Assembly: GCA_965116925.1 (NCBI GenBank)
Contig: OZ220744.1
Span: forward strand, 1,088,001-1,152,000
Length of the DNA: 64,000 bases
Origin: Candidatus Poribacteria bacterium
GTDB lineage: Bacteria; Poribacteria; WGA-4E; PCPOR2b
Reading direction: 5' to 3'
The notes under the pieces are model-generated. The model ran no database searches and was not told the origin of the DNA. It saw nothing but the letters and a program-made list of their open reading frames with translations. Positions 1 through 10,158 of the stretch are shown one piece after another. The position numbers and the translations under genes were made by a program. Every line of letters starts with the position of its first letter. The stretch's first letter is position 1.

Positions 1-162
1 GCGCTCACCAACTTCGATGTATTCCAAGTCGCCGCGCAGCACACAATTGAACCAGATACTCGATTCCTCACCAATGGTAACAGCACCGATAATCATCGCA
101 CCGGGAGCGATGAAAGCGGTCGGGTGGATTGTGGGTAATATATCTTTATATGCTATCTGCAT
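1..162 (-). CDS. Gamma carbonic anhydrase family / hexapeptide-repeat protein (N-terminal part; runs off the window edge)
   Basis: Manual translation gives MQIAYKDILPTIHPTAFIAPGAMIIGAVTIGEESSIWFNCVLRGDLEYIEVGER, a typical YrdA/PaaY-like N-terminus. GGAGG RBS upstream. Absent from the ORF track. Confidence 0.85.
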   Translation of the reverse strand, partial: MQIAYKDILPTIHPTAFIAPGAMIIGAVTIGEESSIWFNCVLRGDLEYIEVGER

Positions 163-291
163 TTCTCCTCCAGATCTGATTGATGTGTTACTTGAAAGGT
201 TACCAGCATTCTAATGAATTGTATCAATGAATACCAATTTTATCATGCGTTAAGCCATCGAACAAGGAAATCTCTGGGGCAAACTTACAAA

Positions 292-320
292 TTGACAACA
301 GATGCCCGTCGTGCTACAAT
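292..320 (+). promoter_or_regulatory. Sigma70-type promoter for the SDR gene
   Basis: TTGACA-17 nt-TACAAT with a TG extended -10. Confidence 0.7.
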
Positions 321-362
321 TCCAAATGCTATTTCTAAAACTATACTGATTAGGAGCCAGAT

Positions 363-1109
363 ATGGTATTAACAAACAAAGTCGCTGTGATTACCGGAGG
401 TGCAACAGGAATCGGTGCAGCGTCAGCAGTTCTCTATGCCCGCGCGGGCGCGAAGGTTGTCATCGGTGATATAAACGTTGAGGGTGGGAAACAAACGGTG
501 GCAGCTATCCAATCCGAAGGCGGTGCTGCCCAATTTGTCCGAACCGATGTCAACGTAGAATCCGAAGTCGCTAATCTAATGAAAACAGCGGACGAAGCCT
601 TTGGTCAGTTGAATGTGCTAGTAACCTCTGCGGGCATCCTGAGCGGCCCAAGCATTCGGGTGGATGAATTTGAGCAAGCGGTGTTTGAGTCGGTTATTGA
701 CACAAATCTTAGAGGCACTTTTCTATCGGTTAAGTACGCTGTGCCGATTATGGAAGCGAGTGGAGGCGGTGTGATTTTGTGTATCGCTTCCGGTGCGGGT
801 GTGAGCGGGGGCAGTTCGTCGGTGGCTTACGGTTCGAGCAAGGGAGGCGTCAATGGAATGGTATTGACTATCACACCACAGCTTGCGCCCCTCAATATCC
901 GCGTTCACACAATCTGTCCCGGCAGTATCGCGACCCCATTGAAACTCCGACAAATCGCTGAATCTGCTGAACAAATGGGCAACTCCCCGGAAGCAGCCGT
1001 TGAAAACGCCCGCACATCTCTCGGTGAACCGGAGGGAGTCGCGCGTGTACTGACATTCCTTGCATCTGATGATGCTTCCTATGTTCGGGGCACAATCGCC
1101 ACACGGTAG
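363..1109 (+). CDS. SDR family oxidoreductase
   Basis: TGGATGIG Rossmann motif, YGSSK catalytic motif, CPG; AGGAG RBS. Confidence 0.92.
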   Translation: MVLTNKVAVITGGATGIGAASAVLYARAGAKVVIGDINVEGGKQTVAAIQSEGGAAQFVRTDVNVESEVANLMKTADEAFGQLNVLVTSAGILSGPSIRVDEFEQAVFESVIDTNLRGTFLSVKYAVPIMEASGGGVILCIASGAGVSGGSSSVAYGSSKGGVNGMVLTITPQLAPLNIRVHTICPGSIATPLKLRQIAESAEQMGNSPEAAVENARTSLGEPEGVARVLTFLASDDASYVRGTIATR

Positions 1110-1118
1110 ACGAAACGT

Positions 1119-2066
1119 CTAATACCCCTTTTCTTTATCCGCTACGTTGATCAACGATTCCCCCTTGACATAGCGGTGTAGGTTATCAATGAACAAGCGC
1201 ATCGTGCGTGCCTGAATATGTTGTGAGCCTCCGGCGGTATGCGCGGTCAAGACTACGTTTGGCTCCGTCCATAACGGACTGTCCGGCGGACACGGTTCGG
1301 TGTAAGTGACATCCAATCCGGCGGCGGCGAGTTTGCCACTACGAAGCGCAGCGATTAACGCATCTTCGTCAACCACCTTGCCGCGGCTTATATTGACCAA
1401 GTAGCTCCCATCCTGCATCGCATTAAATTGTTCGTGCGACAGGAGTTTATGCGTCTCCGGCGTGATTGGACAGCAGACCACCACGACGTTAGATTTCGCC
1501 ATAAACTCTAGGAGCCAATCTAATTTGCCAAGTTCGGTGACACTCGCTGGCTTTTCCATCGGTTCAGGATCAACCGCAATCACATTAAACTCAAACGCTT
1601 TCGCACGCGTTGCAATTGCACGACCGATGCCCCCAAGCCCAAGAATTCCCATCGTCATCCCCGCCAATTCGATGCACGGTGCCTTCTCCCACCGTTTCTC
1701 CTTCATGAAGTCGTACTGTGTGATGATGCGGCGGGTGAGTGAAAGCAATAGGGCAAATGCGTGCTCCGCGATCTGTGAACCGTGCATCCGTCGGCTATTG
1801 GTCAGTATGATATCACTATCTTTGAAGGCGGGATACATCATCCCTTCGACGCCGGCGGAAGCGACCTGTACCCAGCGCAGTGACTTGGCTTTGGCGAGAT
1901 CCACTTCGCCAATATGTCCATAGATGATATCGACATCGGAAACGTGGTCGCCAAGTGCCTCCCCCGGCGGCAGAAAGCAAATCTCTACTTCGGATGGGGC
2001 ATCTTCACTTATTGCTTCGACCTCTGGACTGAACCTTCCTGTAATCAAGGCTTTGAATTTTGCCAT
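1119..2066 (-). CDS. D-2-hydroxyacid dehydrogenase family protein
   Basis: GLGGIG, NISRG, LDVT..EP and HTAG motifs; start trimmed to MAKF. Confidence 0.9.
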   Translation of the reverse strand: MAKFKALITGRFSPEVEAISEDAPSEVEICFLPPGEALGDHVSDVDIIYGHIGEVDLAKAKSLRWVQVASAGVEGMMYPAFKDSDIILTNSRRMHGSQIAEHAFALLLSLTRRIITQYDFMKEKRWEKAPCIELAGMTMGILGLGGIGRAIATRAKAFEFNVIAVDPEPMEKPASVTELGKLDWLLEFMAKSNVVVVCCPITPETHKLLSHEQFNAMQDGSYLVNISRGKVVDEDALIAALRSGKLAAAGLDVTYTEPCPPDSPLWTEPNVVLTAHTAGGSQHIQARTMRLFIDNLHRYVKGESLINVADKEKGY

Positions 2067-2144
2067 CGTAAATCCCTTTCGTTTGTTAAGACAGGTTCTG
2101 TATGGATCCGCCAACTACTGCACATATTTGATCCATTGACTTGC

Positions 2145-2948
2145 CTACCCGTTCGTTTCCGAACCAGCCCAAACACCGTTTGGAGCAAGTGCCAAAGCCT
2201 GCTCAAGATGCACCATCCGCTCCGGTCCCGCCGTTTCTACCATCTTGTCTCCATAGACCTTGCCCTGCCCGAAACGCGACACGAGATCAAGCTCTTTGTG
2301 TAGGAAATGCATCTCATTTTCCTTGTAACGGTAGCCGCAGTTAATTGTGAACATACGTCGCTGTGTGCCGCCGCCCCACGAGCTATGCTTCAAGGCTTGG
2401 TTAAAAATGACCAAATCCCCTGGATTCGATTCGAGTGCGACTGCCGGAACTGAAGGACCATCGAGCGCATAGGTCTCCTCTAAACTGCTGATATTCTGTT
2501 GGACTGTTTCGGCGTATAGCTCCCCATATCTGTGGCTGCCGGGAATAAAGCGCACCGCCCCGGTGTCAGCGGTCAGTGGGTCAAGGTAAAACGCCATCTT
2601 GTAGAAACGGACGGGACGGGGCCAACCGCCGTCGGAATGCCAACCGGTGTCACCACTGTAGAAATTGCCATCGCTGCCGAGATAGGTGTAATCTTCGCCC
2701 AGTAGACTGGCAAATATACCATCAATCCGGTCATCGTCGAGAAGTGAACTGAGATATTCACTTTGACCGATGAACGGCACGATGTATGTGCGTTGTGTTT
2801 CGGGGTGATCTACGTTCAGGTCAACCCAAACCTGTTCAAATGCCTCAACAATCTGATCGATGCAGTCATTGAGGAAGCCGGGGAAATGGAGATACCCGAA
2901 TGTGTCCATGAAACGGAGTTGTTCTGGCGTGAGTCGGAACTTCGACAT
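2145..2948 (-). CDS. Phytanoyl-CoA dioxygenase (PhyH) family protein
   Basis: WHSD, IPGSH, distal His (LKHSS); start trimmed to MSKF after GGAGG. Confidence 0.85.
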   Translation of the reverse strand: MSKFRLTPEQLRFMDTFGYLHFPGFLNDCIDQIVEAFEQVWVDLNVDHPETQRTYIVPFIGQSEYLSSLLDDDRIDGIFASLLGEDYTYLGSDGNFYSGDTGWHSDGGWPRPVRFYKMAFYLDPLTADTGAVRFIPGSHRYGELYAETVQQNISSLEETYALDGPSVPAVALESNPGDLVIFNQALKHSSWGGGTQRRMFTINCGYRYKENEMHFLHKELDLVSRFGQGKVYGDKMVETAGPERMVHLEQALALAPNGVWAGSETNG

Positions 2949-2991
2949 GACGTGCCTCCTTTGGGGCAGAATGTGAATGGTTGTTTGCAGA

Positions 2992-4194
2992 TTAGGTGTT
3001 ATTCCAACTATTGATAAAGTCCACGATCTCAAAATCTGTGGGCATGTTGTCGGAATCGTATTGCGACATGCTCCGCTGGAAACCGGGATGGTTTTCCTGA
3101 TCAGAGTGCTTCAATTTTTCATCAAGTGTGCCAAACCTTTTCCACAGGATCTCTATTTGTTCAACGCTAAAGTGGTTGCCGAGGTAGACGATGTCTCTGC
3201 CGTTGCCCCAGAGTGAATCGGGTGGGGTATCCGTGTGTTTGAGTCTATACAACGCTCGACTCAATTTTGAGAGCATAACGATGCAGACCGTTCGGTCATG
3301 GGGCGATGGGTGCAGCTGGTCTATCCCCGTCTGAAATACGTCAACATCTTTGTTTATAATCGCATGGAAGATCTTTGCAACCAGATCAAACTCTGCAAAG
3401 AACAGCGCATCCCACCTCTCAAATTGTGCTCTTACAGTGTCCGAAAGATAGTGATAGAACCCCGGCTCCCAATGGCGCCAGTGGACGTTGGGGAAGGAAG
3501 GAAAACGCAAAGGACGGTAGCCGGGATGCAGTGTTCGCCGCATTTTGCTGCTGTAGTAACTTCCCCAGTGCAGCAATAGGTGGGTGTATACGACTCCGTC
3601 GCCAGCGTTGAGTTCAACGGGCATGCCACCGGGCAGTGGAACGGATGCATTCTCAGCTAATTGTCGATTTTCTTCGTCGGTGTTGATTCGGCGGTGACTG
3701 CGAGGAACAATCCAAAATACACTGTCGTCGTAGAGGGCGATGTTCCATTGGAGGTAGCTCGGACCGTGGTGCTGCATATTGGAAATCATGCCGCGCAACG
3801 GAGCGGGTTCGCCCGGACCAATGTCGCGATGCCATTTCGCCGGACCGGTTTCACCGGCGGTCGCACTACAGAGACAGGCAAGATTGTGTGGCACAACATC
3901 TTCTGTATCCATCAGTTGTTGGGCAACGCCCAAGGTATTCTCGTGAGTCAAGAACTCGATCGCGCTGGCAGATTCACTGTCGCAATCTGTGGAGAACTTC
4001 AATCGTGGTTGGCCACTCGCCGCCCACTCGCCGCCGGACGGCTGATCGGGCGTGCGGCGTTGAGCGGAGAGTTCCTTTCTCCGGTCGACCATGTGCTCAA
4101 TACTGTCGCGCAACGGTTGGAGCTGATCCGGAGGAACCACGTTGTGCAGGATATTATAACCTTCGTCCATTAGCTGTTGCCGGTTGACTTGCAT
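2992..4194 (-). CDS. PhyH-like Fe(II)/2OG dioxygenase with C-terminal extension (paralog of 12730-13944)
   Basis: WHRD, VPRSH and LLHWG motifs. Confidence 0.8.
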   Translation of the reverse strand: MQVNRQQLMDEGYNILHNVVPPDQLQPLRDSIEHMVDRRKELSAQRRTPDQPSGGEWAASGQPRLKFSTDCDSESASAIEFLTHENTLGVAQQLMDTEDVVPHNLACLCSATAGETGPAKWHRDIGPGEPAPLRGMISNMQHHGPSYLQWNIALYDDSVFWIVPRSHRRINTDEENRQLAENASVPLPGGMPVELNAGDGVVYTHLLLHWGSYYSSKMRRTLHPGYRPLRFPSFPNVHWRHWEPGFYHYLSDTVRAQFERWDALFFAEFDLVAKIFHAIINKDVDVFQTGIDQLHPSPHDRTVCIVMLSKLSRALYRLKHTDTPPDSLWGNGRDIVYLGNHFSVEQIEILWKRFGTLDEKLKHSDQENHPGFQRSMSQYDSDNMPTDFEIVDFINSWNNT

Positions 4195-4253
4195 AATAGT
4201 GCCTCATCAGGAGCATTCAATTTGGTAAGTGGGATTCAAAGGTTTAACGAAAG

Positions 4254-4282
4254 ATTATATGCACGACTCCCACATTTGTCAA
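4254..4282 (-). promoter_or_regulatory. Consensus sigma70 promoter for the PhyH/PhyH/dehydrogenase run
   Basis: Reverse strand reads TTGACA-17 nt-TATAAT, about 60 nt upstream of the ATG at 4194. Confidence 0.8.
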
Positions 4283-4321
4283 TAGTCGTAGGATAGAAAC
4301 GTAAAGGCATTTAGTCCGCCT

Positions 4322-4346
4322 GTAGGAGGGATTTCCGAATCCGGAC
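4322..4346 (+). repeat. Degenerate GTAG-REP-like hairpin
   Basis: GTAG followed by an imperfect palindrome (GGATTTCCGAATCC); intergenic. Confidence 0.4.
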
Positions 4347-4378
4347 ACCTCACTAAATGACCCTAGCGAAAAAACAAT

Positions 4379-5266
4379 CTATTGACTCATTCGTGTCTCT
4401 GCCCAAGCTTGGAGCGGTATGTCATCAGCCTCCGGTCGCCAATGTCTGGAAATCGGATGCACGTTAGCGTGATCACCCATGTAATTGTCCTTGCCGGTCC
4501 CCAATGCACCGAGCAGTTGCCGCTGAATGGGGGTACAGCGGGCAATCAGATCCGGATCCTGATGAATATAGTCGGCGGGGCGGATCCAGCGGTAGTGATA
4601 ACCGTAGTACAGACACTTCCTGGCGTGATTTGATAGATTCGGGGTGAGGCAGTGCCAGAGTGCCGTTCGCCATAGCATCGCCGTGCCCGGACGGACGTTC
4701 ACCTCTACGATTCGATCAGGATCAATCTCATAGCCGTCCTGATGTATCAGTGCCGGCGACATCTTATGGCTACCCCGCACCACACAAATTGCACCGCTGT
4801 TGTGTTCCGTCAAATCCGTCAAGTAGTAGCCGACCTTGACCTCCACGAATGGCACCTGTCCATTGGTAATCGGATACCCAAAGTTTGGTCCGTCCGAGTG
4901 CCAAGGGAAGAAGCTATCCTTCCCTCCCAGCTTCTGGTCTGCATATTCAGGCGGAGAGGGTGGACGCACATCGAGGTGTGATGTCCGAATCTGGATATTG
5001 ACGCCGAGGACATCTACTACAAGCGGCAGCAAGATTGGATGATCGATTAGGTGCAACAATTCGTCATGGTGAGATAGAGCGTTCCGTATCTGGAACGGTT
5101 CGTCTAGTCCGATTCCTTTCTCACTCCGATAGCGTGCATATAATTCATCCACCACTTTAATTAATGTCTCGACTTCTACGGGACTGAGGGCATCCTCAAT
5201 CAGAATAAACCCATCCTCATCAAATTGTTGTTGTTCTTCTTCAGTGATCGCAACGGATTTTCCCAT
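4379..5266 (-). CDS. PhyH family dioxygenase
   Basis: WHSD, VRGSH and LWHC motifs. Confidence 0.88.
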   Translation of the reverse strand: MGKSVAITEEEQQQFDEDGFILIEDALSPVEVETLIKVVDELYARYRSEKGIGLDEPFQIRNALSHHDELLHLIDHPILLPLVVDVLGVNIQIRTSHLDVRPPSPPEYADQKLGGKDSFFPWHSDGPNFGYPITNGQVPFVEVKVGYYLTDLTEHNSGAICVVRGSHKMSPALIHQDGYEIDPDRIVEVNVRPGTAMLWRTALWHCLTPNLSNHARKCLYYGYHYRWIRPADYIHQDPDLIARCTPIQRQLLGALGTGKDNYMGDHANVHPISRHWRPEADDIPLQAWAETRMSQ

Positions 5267-5289
5267 TAAAATTATCCTCCGAGCTGTTG

Positions 5290-6048
5290 TTAACGGTAGT
5301 CTTCTGCCGAATCCTGTGGCTCAAACCCAACCACTTCACGGGCATGTGAGAAATCCCGATAACTCCATCTGTTATTCGACACCGCGAAGAAGATATCAAA
5401 CTTTACGCTATCGGGTGCCTCAACGCACTTTTCGACCATCTGTGCAATGTCCCGATGGCTGCACCAAACGGAGAACGTACGCAACTGTGTTGGACGATTT
5501 TCGCGGGTGACTGCGCCGATACGCAAGCAGATTATCGATAGATCACTGGTGTCTGTATAGTGTCTGGCTAATGATTCGCCGAATACCTTGGTGCAGCCGT
5601 AAAGCCCACTCGGTCGCGTCAGCGAATTGTGATCTAGTTTATCCCACGTTTCAGGAACCTCGTCGTACCGTCCTTCAACGAGTGCGTTATAAGGAAAGTC
5701 CCGTTCACAGTTGCTGACGGTTGAACCGCTGCTGGCGTAGATGACCCGCTTAACACCTGCTTGCCGTGACGCTTCAAAGACGTTGTAGGTTCCAATAATG
5801 TTGGGATTCAAGAGATCTTCCCACGTCGCACCGCCTGAGGCATTTGCTGCGAGGTGCACAACCACATCGACTCCCTCAAAAGCGGGTTGTATCGCATCAA
5901 GATTGACGATATCCGCTTGGTGACATTCAATTCCTTCTACCGGGCGACGATTGAGCGCGCTCAAAGCATATTGCTCCTCCAAACGCTCCCGCACGATCCC
6001 GCCGATCAATCCGCTCATACCGGTGATAAGTACTTTCTTTTGTGCCAT
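5290..6048 (-). CDS. NAD-dependent epimerase/dehydratase (uronate dehydrogenase-like)
   Basis: TGMSGLIG, YASS, YGCTK, CLRIG; start trimmed to MAQKK after AGGAG. Confidence 0.85.
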   Translation of the reverse strand: MAQKKVLITGMSGLIGGIVRERLEEQYALSALNRRPVEGIECHQADIVNLDAIQPAFEGVDVVVHLAANASGGATWEDLLNPNIIGTYNVFEASRQAGVKRVIYASSGSTVSNCERDFPYNALVEGRYDEVPETWDKLDHNSLTRPSGLYGCTKVFGESLARHYTDTSDLSIICLRIGAVTRENRPTQLRTFSVWCSHRDIAQMVEKCVEAPDSVKFDIFFAVSNNRWSYRDFSHAREVVGFEPQDSAEDYR

Positions 6049-6087
6049 GTTCGTCTCCTTTTTACACATTTTACACACGGTTTCCGT

Positions 6088-6116
6088 ATTATACACTATA
6101 CGCCCTAAGTTATCAA
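6088..6116 (-). promoter_or_regulatory. Sigma70 promoter, leftward member of a divergent pair
   Basis: Reverse strand TTGATA-17 nt-TATAAT. Confidence 0.65.
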
Positions 6117-6148
6117 TATTCCACCCTATCAAAGCGTCCAAAATTGTC

Positions 6149-6177
6149 TTGACACGACTTCGGTTTTCCTCTATACT
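6149..6177 (+). promoter_or_regulatory. Sigma70 promoter, rightward member of a divergent pair
   Basis: TTGACA-17 nt-TATACT. Confidence 0.7.
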
Positions 6178-6259
6178 GACGACAGGCTTAGTATCGCTGC
6201 GCGGTACAATTAAGCGCAGAAAGATAACCACAACCAAAAGTATTGAGGAGGCATCTACA

Positions 6260-6904
6260 TTGAAAGTATTGGTTTTATCGGGTCCAAATCATCGATTTGC
6301 GGATAGCGCGTCTGTTATCCACGGTTTCCTCGGAGCACGAGGTGATATGTCGGTGGAACTTACGGACGACAAAGGGGTTTTAGCATCGTCTCAACTGGAC
6401 GAGTTTGATGTCTGTGTGTTCGGTACTGGGTTTACTCGTACGGTCAGTCAACCTGACGGCACTCCCAAGCGGGAGCCAGACCTTACATCTGAGCAGGAAG
6501 ACGGTCTCTTTCAGTTCGTCAGTGGTGGAAAGGGACTGGTCGGCATTCACGGAACGGCGTGGTGGATTGGTGGACGTGCCGTTGACCTCATCGGAGGACA
6601 CGCCAACTGGCATCCGCCGGGTGGAACTTTCACAGTGAATATAGACGACTCAGATCACCCGATTACGCAGGGTGTCGGGGACTTTGAAGTTGAGGACGAA
6701 ATCTACATGTCCGCTTACGATCCCTACATCCACATCCTTGCGTCGGCGGAGTGGTCAGAGAAGCAACACCCGTTGGCGTGGGTAAAATCGTATGGTGATG
6801 GACGGGTATTCTACACCGCGCTCGGTCACGGTCCCGGCACCTTTGAACAACCTGCCATGCAGAAACTAATGGGACAAGGTGTTCAATGGGCGGCAAGCAG
6901 TTAA
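6260..6904 (+). CDS. ThuA (trehalose utilization / class I GAT-like) domain protein
   Basis: GKGLVGIH, HPIT, DEIY and GRVFYTALGH motifs; TTG start after GAGGAGG. Confidence 0.85.
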   Translation: MKVLVLSGPNHRFADSASVIHGFLGARGDMSVELTDDKGVLASSQLDEFDVCVFGTGFTRTVSQPDGTPKREPDLTSEQEDGLFQFVSGGKGLVGIHGTAWWIGGRAVDLIGGHANWHPPGGTFTVNIDDSDHPITQGVGDFEVEDEIYMSAYDPYIHILASAEWSEKQHPLAWVKSYGDGRVFYTALGHGPGTFEQPAMQKLMGQGVQWAASS

Positions 6905-6991
6905 GTCTCAAGTGGGATTGAGCAGGATTCTTTGGACACATCCTGCTCGATTCCCTCACCTCTAACAATAGACAAGGGAGGTTGGCACACG

Positions 6992-7783
6992 ATGACCGAA
7001 GACGAACGTTATCTATTTGACCTGACAGGCTATCTTGTTATTAAAGATGTACTTGCCGCTGAAGAGGTCGAGCGTTGTAACGCAGCAATCGATCACCATT
7101 TTGATCAAGCGAAAGAGATAGACAGATCGCTTTCGGGTAACTCAAAAACGTTGTCAGGGACTTCTCGCCGGATAGATTTGGGCGGGATGCTGGCGTGGGA
7201 ACGCCCGTGGTGCGAACCGTTTCGACAGTTTTTGGTTCACCCACGGATTAAGCCCTACCTTGATGGTGTATTGGGAGAAGGCTATCGGCTAGATCACGGA
7301 CCGGGGATGATTGCGATGGACAGAGGAGCAGAAGGTGGCACCTTGCACGGCGGCGGCATCGAACGCCCAAACTTTTCCGAAGCCTATTTCTTCAAGGATG
7401 GACGTATCTACACCGGGCTCACGGTCGTCGAATATATGCTTGCAGACGAAGGGCCCGGAGATGGTGGGTTAGCGGTTATTCCGGGCAGCCATAAGGCGAA
7501 TCTTCCCTGTCCCCAAAGCATGAAGTTGTGGGAAAAATATCAGGAGCATGTGCTCGAAGTGAATGCGGAAGCGGGCGATGCGATTATCTTCAGTGAAACC
7601 CTGACGCATGGGACTTTGCCGTGGACAGCGAAGCATCAGCGGCGAGCCGTGCTCTATAAATTCAGCCCCGGATTTCAGGCATACAGCGCAGGGGCGCATC
7701 AAATCACCTATCCCGACTATATTGAGGATATGACGCCGGAGCAGCGGGAGGTAATGGAAGCCCCCCATATTCGCCGTCGATAG
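6992..7783 (+). CDS. PhyH family protein with non-canonical HxG metal motif
   Basis: FDLTGYLV, LHGGG, IPGSHK and LTHGT motifs. Confidence 0.85.
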   Translation: MTEDERYLFDLTGYLVIKDVLAAEEVERCNAAIDHHFDQAKEIDRSLSGNSKTLSGTSRRIDLGGMLAWERPWCEPFRQFLVHPRIKPYLDGVLGEGYRLDHGPGMIAMDRGAEGGTLHGGGIERPNFSEAYFFKDGRIYTGLTVVEYMLADEGPGDGGLAVIPGSHKANLPCPQSMKLWEKYQEHVLEVNAEAGDAIIFSETLTHGTLPWTAKHQRRAVLYKFSPGFQAYSAGAHQITYPDYIEDMTPEQREVMEAPHIRRR

Positions 7784-7863
7784 GAATGAGAAGTTATCGA
7801 ATCCTCAGAAAGCAATGAGTTGGTGAGGATATCGTTTCCATAGTGAGTTGGAGGAAACCTCCG

Positions 7864-8595
7864 ATGAATCAAGGAAAACCAGACAGACTTCATGAGATAT
7901 CAGTCCGACCTACAGCGGCAGAATCGGGCGGTACGAAAATTCCGCCGTTGAAGCATGGTGACCTACTGACGCGAGACGAATTTCACCGACGCTATGAGGC
8001 GACACCGCATCTCAAGAAAATTGAACTCATCGAAGGGGTTGTCTACACGGGGTCACCTGTACGACATACACGCCATAGTCAACCTCACGGTCACATGATG
8101 GGTTGGCTTGCTGTCTATAGTGCTGCAACACCCGGAACTGATTTTGGTGACAATGCAACGGTTCGCCTCAATGATGACAACGAAGTACAGCCTGATGCCT
8201 TTTTACGCCTTGAGTCCGGGTTGGGAGGACACTCTCAGATTAGTGGGGATGATTACATTGAAGGCGCGCCGGAATTAATCATTGAGATCGCAGCCTCCAG
8301 TACAGACTATGACCTGAAGGTTAAGTTTGAGGTTTATCAGCACTGTGATGTTCAGGAATACATTGTGTGGCAAACCGAAGATGAACAACTCGATTGGTTC
8401 CGGCTCGTCGAAGGGGTCTATGTACCGTTACAGGCGAATGCGGCGGGCGTCATCGAAAGTCGATCCTTCCCCGGCTTACGGTTAGCAGTAGAAGCATTGT
8501 TAGCAAAGGATTTGGCAACCGTTTTAGTGGAATTACAAAAGGGGTTGGACACCTCTGAGCACATAGCGTTCGTCAATCGGCTATCGAAACCATGA
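7864..8595 (+). CDS. Uma2 family (PD-(D/E)xK) endonuclease
   Basis: ELIEGVV, VQPD, PELIIEIAASS and EYIVW motifs; start uncertain. Confidence 0.88.
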   Translation: MNQGKPDRLHEISVRPTAAESGGTKIPPLKHGDLLTRDEFHRRYEATPHLKKIELIEGVVYTGSPVRHTRHSQPHGHMMGWLAVYSAATPGTDFGDNATVRLNDDNEVQPDAFLRLESGLGGHSQISGDDYIEGAPELIIEIAASSTDYDLKVKFEVYQHCDVQEYIVWQTEDEQLDWFRLVEGVYVPLQANAAGVIESRSFPGLRLAVEALLAKDLATVLVELQKGLDTSEHIAFVNRLSKP

Positions 8596-8697
8596 AAGTA
8601 GAAAGGATAGAAACAGTTCCCATCCATAGACCACAATTTGAAATTCCGCTGCGCCCAGCGCACGGCGACGGAATCACCGAAAGGAGTTTGGAAGCCC

Positions 8698-10029
8698 ATG
8701 AGCAATGTTCCAATGACACGCCCCGAAGAGGCGTTGGCGATTCACGAGACGAGATATTTTCACTCGTCTACTTTTACAGAATTGGAAGATGGCCGCATTT
8801 TGCACGCAGCTGGAACGCAGTTCAATACCTCCGACGATGCTGGGATCACATGGTCTGACTCGTTCTCGTGTTCTGACATAGAGGGGAATCCGGTAGGCGG
8901 CGGCGGAACTTCGCTTGTGCGGTTATCCGACCGCGGCATCGGCTTGGCAGCCATGCAGAGACCTTCTGAGGGTTCTTCCGAGAGTGTCCGCCGGGAAACA
9001 CATCTGGTTTTCTGGCGATCAGAAGATGGCGGAAAGACTTGGGATCCGCCGGTCCGGGTAACGCCGCCGGGTATTGCCACCTATGCGTATCAAGATGTCC
9101 TACTTCGTACCTCCTCCGGACGCATTATCCTGCCGGTGTATATCTCGCTGGGACAAGCCTCTGGACCAGATGATGTCAAACCGCCTGCGTCTGGAAAATT
9201 GGTGAACGGTCAATGGGTGTCCACCGCTGCACACTTCTTCGATCCCCGTTTTTCCGCATCCTGCGTCTACTATTCGGACGACGATGGACGGACATGGCAG
9301 CGCAATCAGGACGGGGAACTGATCATCCTGATGGACTGGAACGCATCGTTCAGCTATACCAACGAGCCGACGGTAACAGAGGTCAGTCCGGGACGGCTGC
9401 TGATGTTCATGCGCAACGGATTGGGGCGGGTTTTTCAGGCGTGGTCGGAGGACAACGGGGAGACATGGACGCGCCCACAGCCGACTTCCCTCGCTTCGTC
9501 TACAGCACCTGCACAGATTCGGACATTGCCCAACGGACACCTCCTAGCGGTCTGGAATCAGGAGACCGAGAACGAAATTAAACGCGGTTACAATCGGACA
9601 CGCGTTTCTGCTGCCATTAGCCGTAATGGTGGCAGCGTGTGGGAATTTTTCCAGAATGTAGAATCGATGCACGAGGAGACCCGGGTCGAGCCGGGCCCCA
9701 TTCGGCCTGTCCGTCCGGCGGAATATAATTTTGATCCCGGGTTGTCTGCGCCGGAGCGAGAACAAGAACATATCCTTGCCTTCGATTTTCACGGGCGTTG
9801 GTCTTATCCCTCCGTGCTTGTGATGAAAGACCGTGTCCTGATTACCCATACCTATTCGTATTATGAGGAGCACCCGACCCGTGCTGAGATGGTTCTGAGC
9901 AGTCAGACAGAGGGAGGCTTCAATCAGAAGCTGAAGGTGCTGCCTTTGACATGGTTCTACGGTGGGAAGGAGCCTGCGGACAATCCTGTGCTGGCACGAA
10001 TATACGATCAGGGAACCCCTAATGCGTAA
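8698..10029 (+). CDS. Sialidase/BNR (Asp-box) repeat protein
   Basis: Several SxDxGxTW Asp-boxes (SDDAGITW, SEDGGKTW, SDDDGRTW, SEDNGETW); start trimmed to MSNV. Confidence 0.8.
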   Translation: MSNVPMTRPEEALAIHETRYFHSSTFTELEDGRILHAAGTQFNTSDDAGITWSDSFSCSDIEGNPVGGGGTSLVRLSDRGIGLAAMQRPSEGSSESVRRETHLVFWRSEDGGKTWDPPVRVTPPGIATYAYQDVLLRTSSGRIILPVYISLGQASGPDDVKPPASGKLVNGQWVSTAAHFFDPRFSASCVYYSDDDGRTWQRNQDGELIILMDWNASFSYTNEPTVTEVSPGRLLMFMRNGLGRVFQAWSEDNGETWTRPQPTSLASSTAPAQIRTLPNGHLLAVWNQETENEIKRGYNRTRVSAAISRNGGSVWEFFQNVESMHEETRVEPGPIRPVRPAEYNFDPGLSAPEREQEHILAFDFHGRWSYPSVLVMKDRVLITHTYSYYEEHPTRAEMVLSSQTEGGFNQKLKVLPLTWFYGGKEPADNPVLARIYDQGTPNA

Positions 10030-10140
10030 AACGTGAAGGACAGAAAACGGGAAAACGAGAAAACCGGAAAACGGGATAAAGCCAACCACAGAGGCGTAGA
10101 AAAACGCAGAAGGAAATTCTGTGCACTCTGCGTCTCTGCG
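10024..10140. repeat. Composite intergenic short-repeat tract (7-mer CGTGAAA, 8-mer GAAAACGG, 9-mer CACAGAG-type inverted arms)
   Basis: gcgtaaaacgtgaa..gaaaacgggaaaacgagaaaaccggaaaacggg..aaccacagaggcgtaga...ctctgcgtctctgcg. Confidence 0.6.
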
Positions 10141-10158
10141 ACTAAGGGGAGATAATTG

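Noticed and set aside
17..214. 65-aa plus-strand ORF in the track
   Set aside because: It is the antisense shadow of the minus-strand gamma carbonic anhydrase-like gene, which has an RBS and recognisable motifs.
5951..6259. Long N-terminal extensions making the ThuA and epimerase ORFs overlap head to head
   Set aside because: The region holds two divergent consensus promoters, and RBS-supported starts are at 6048 and 6260.
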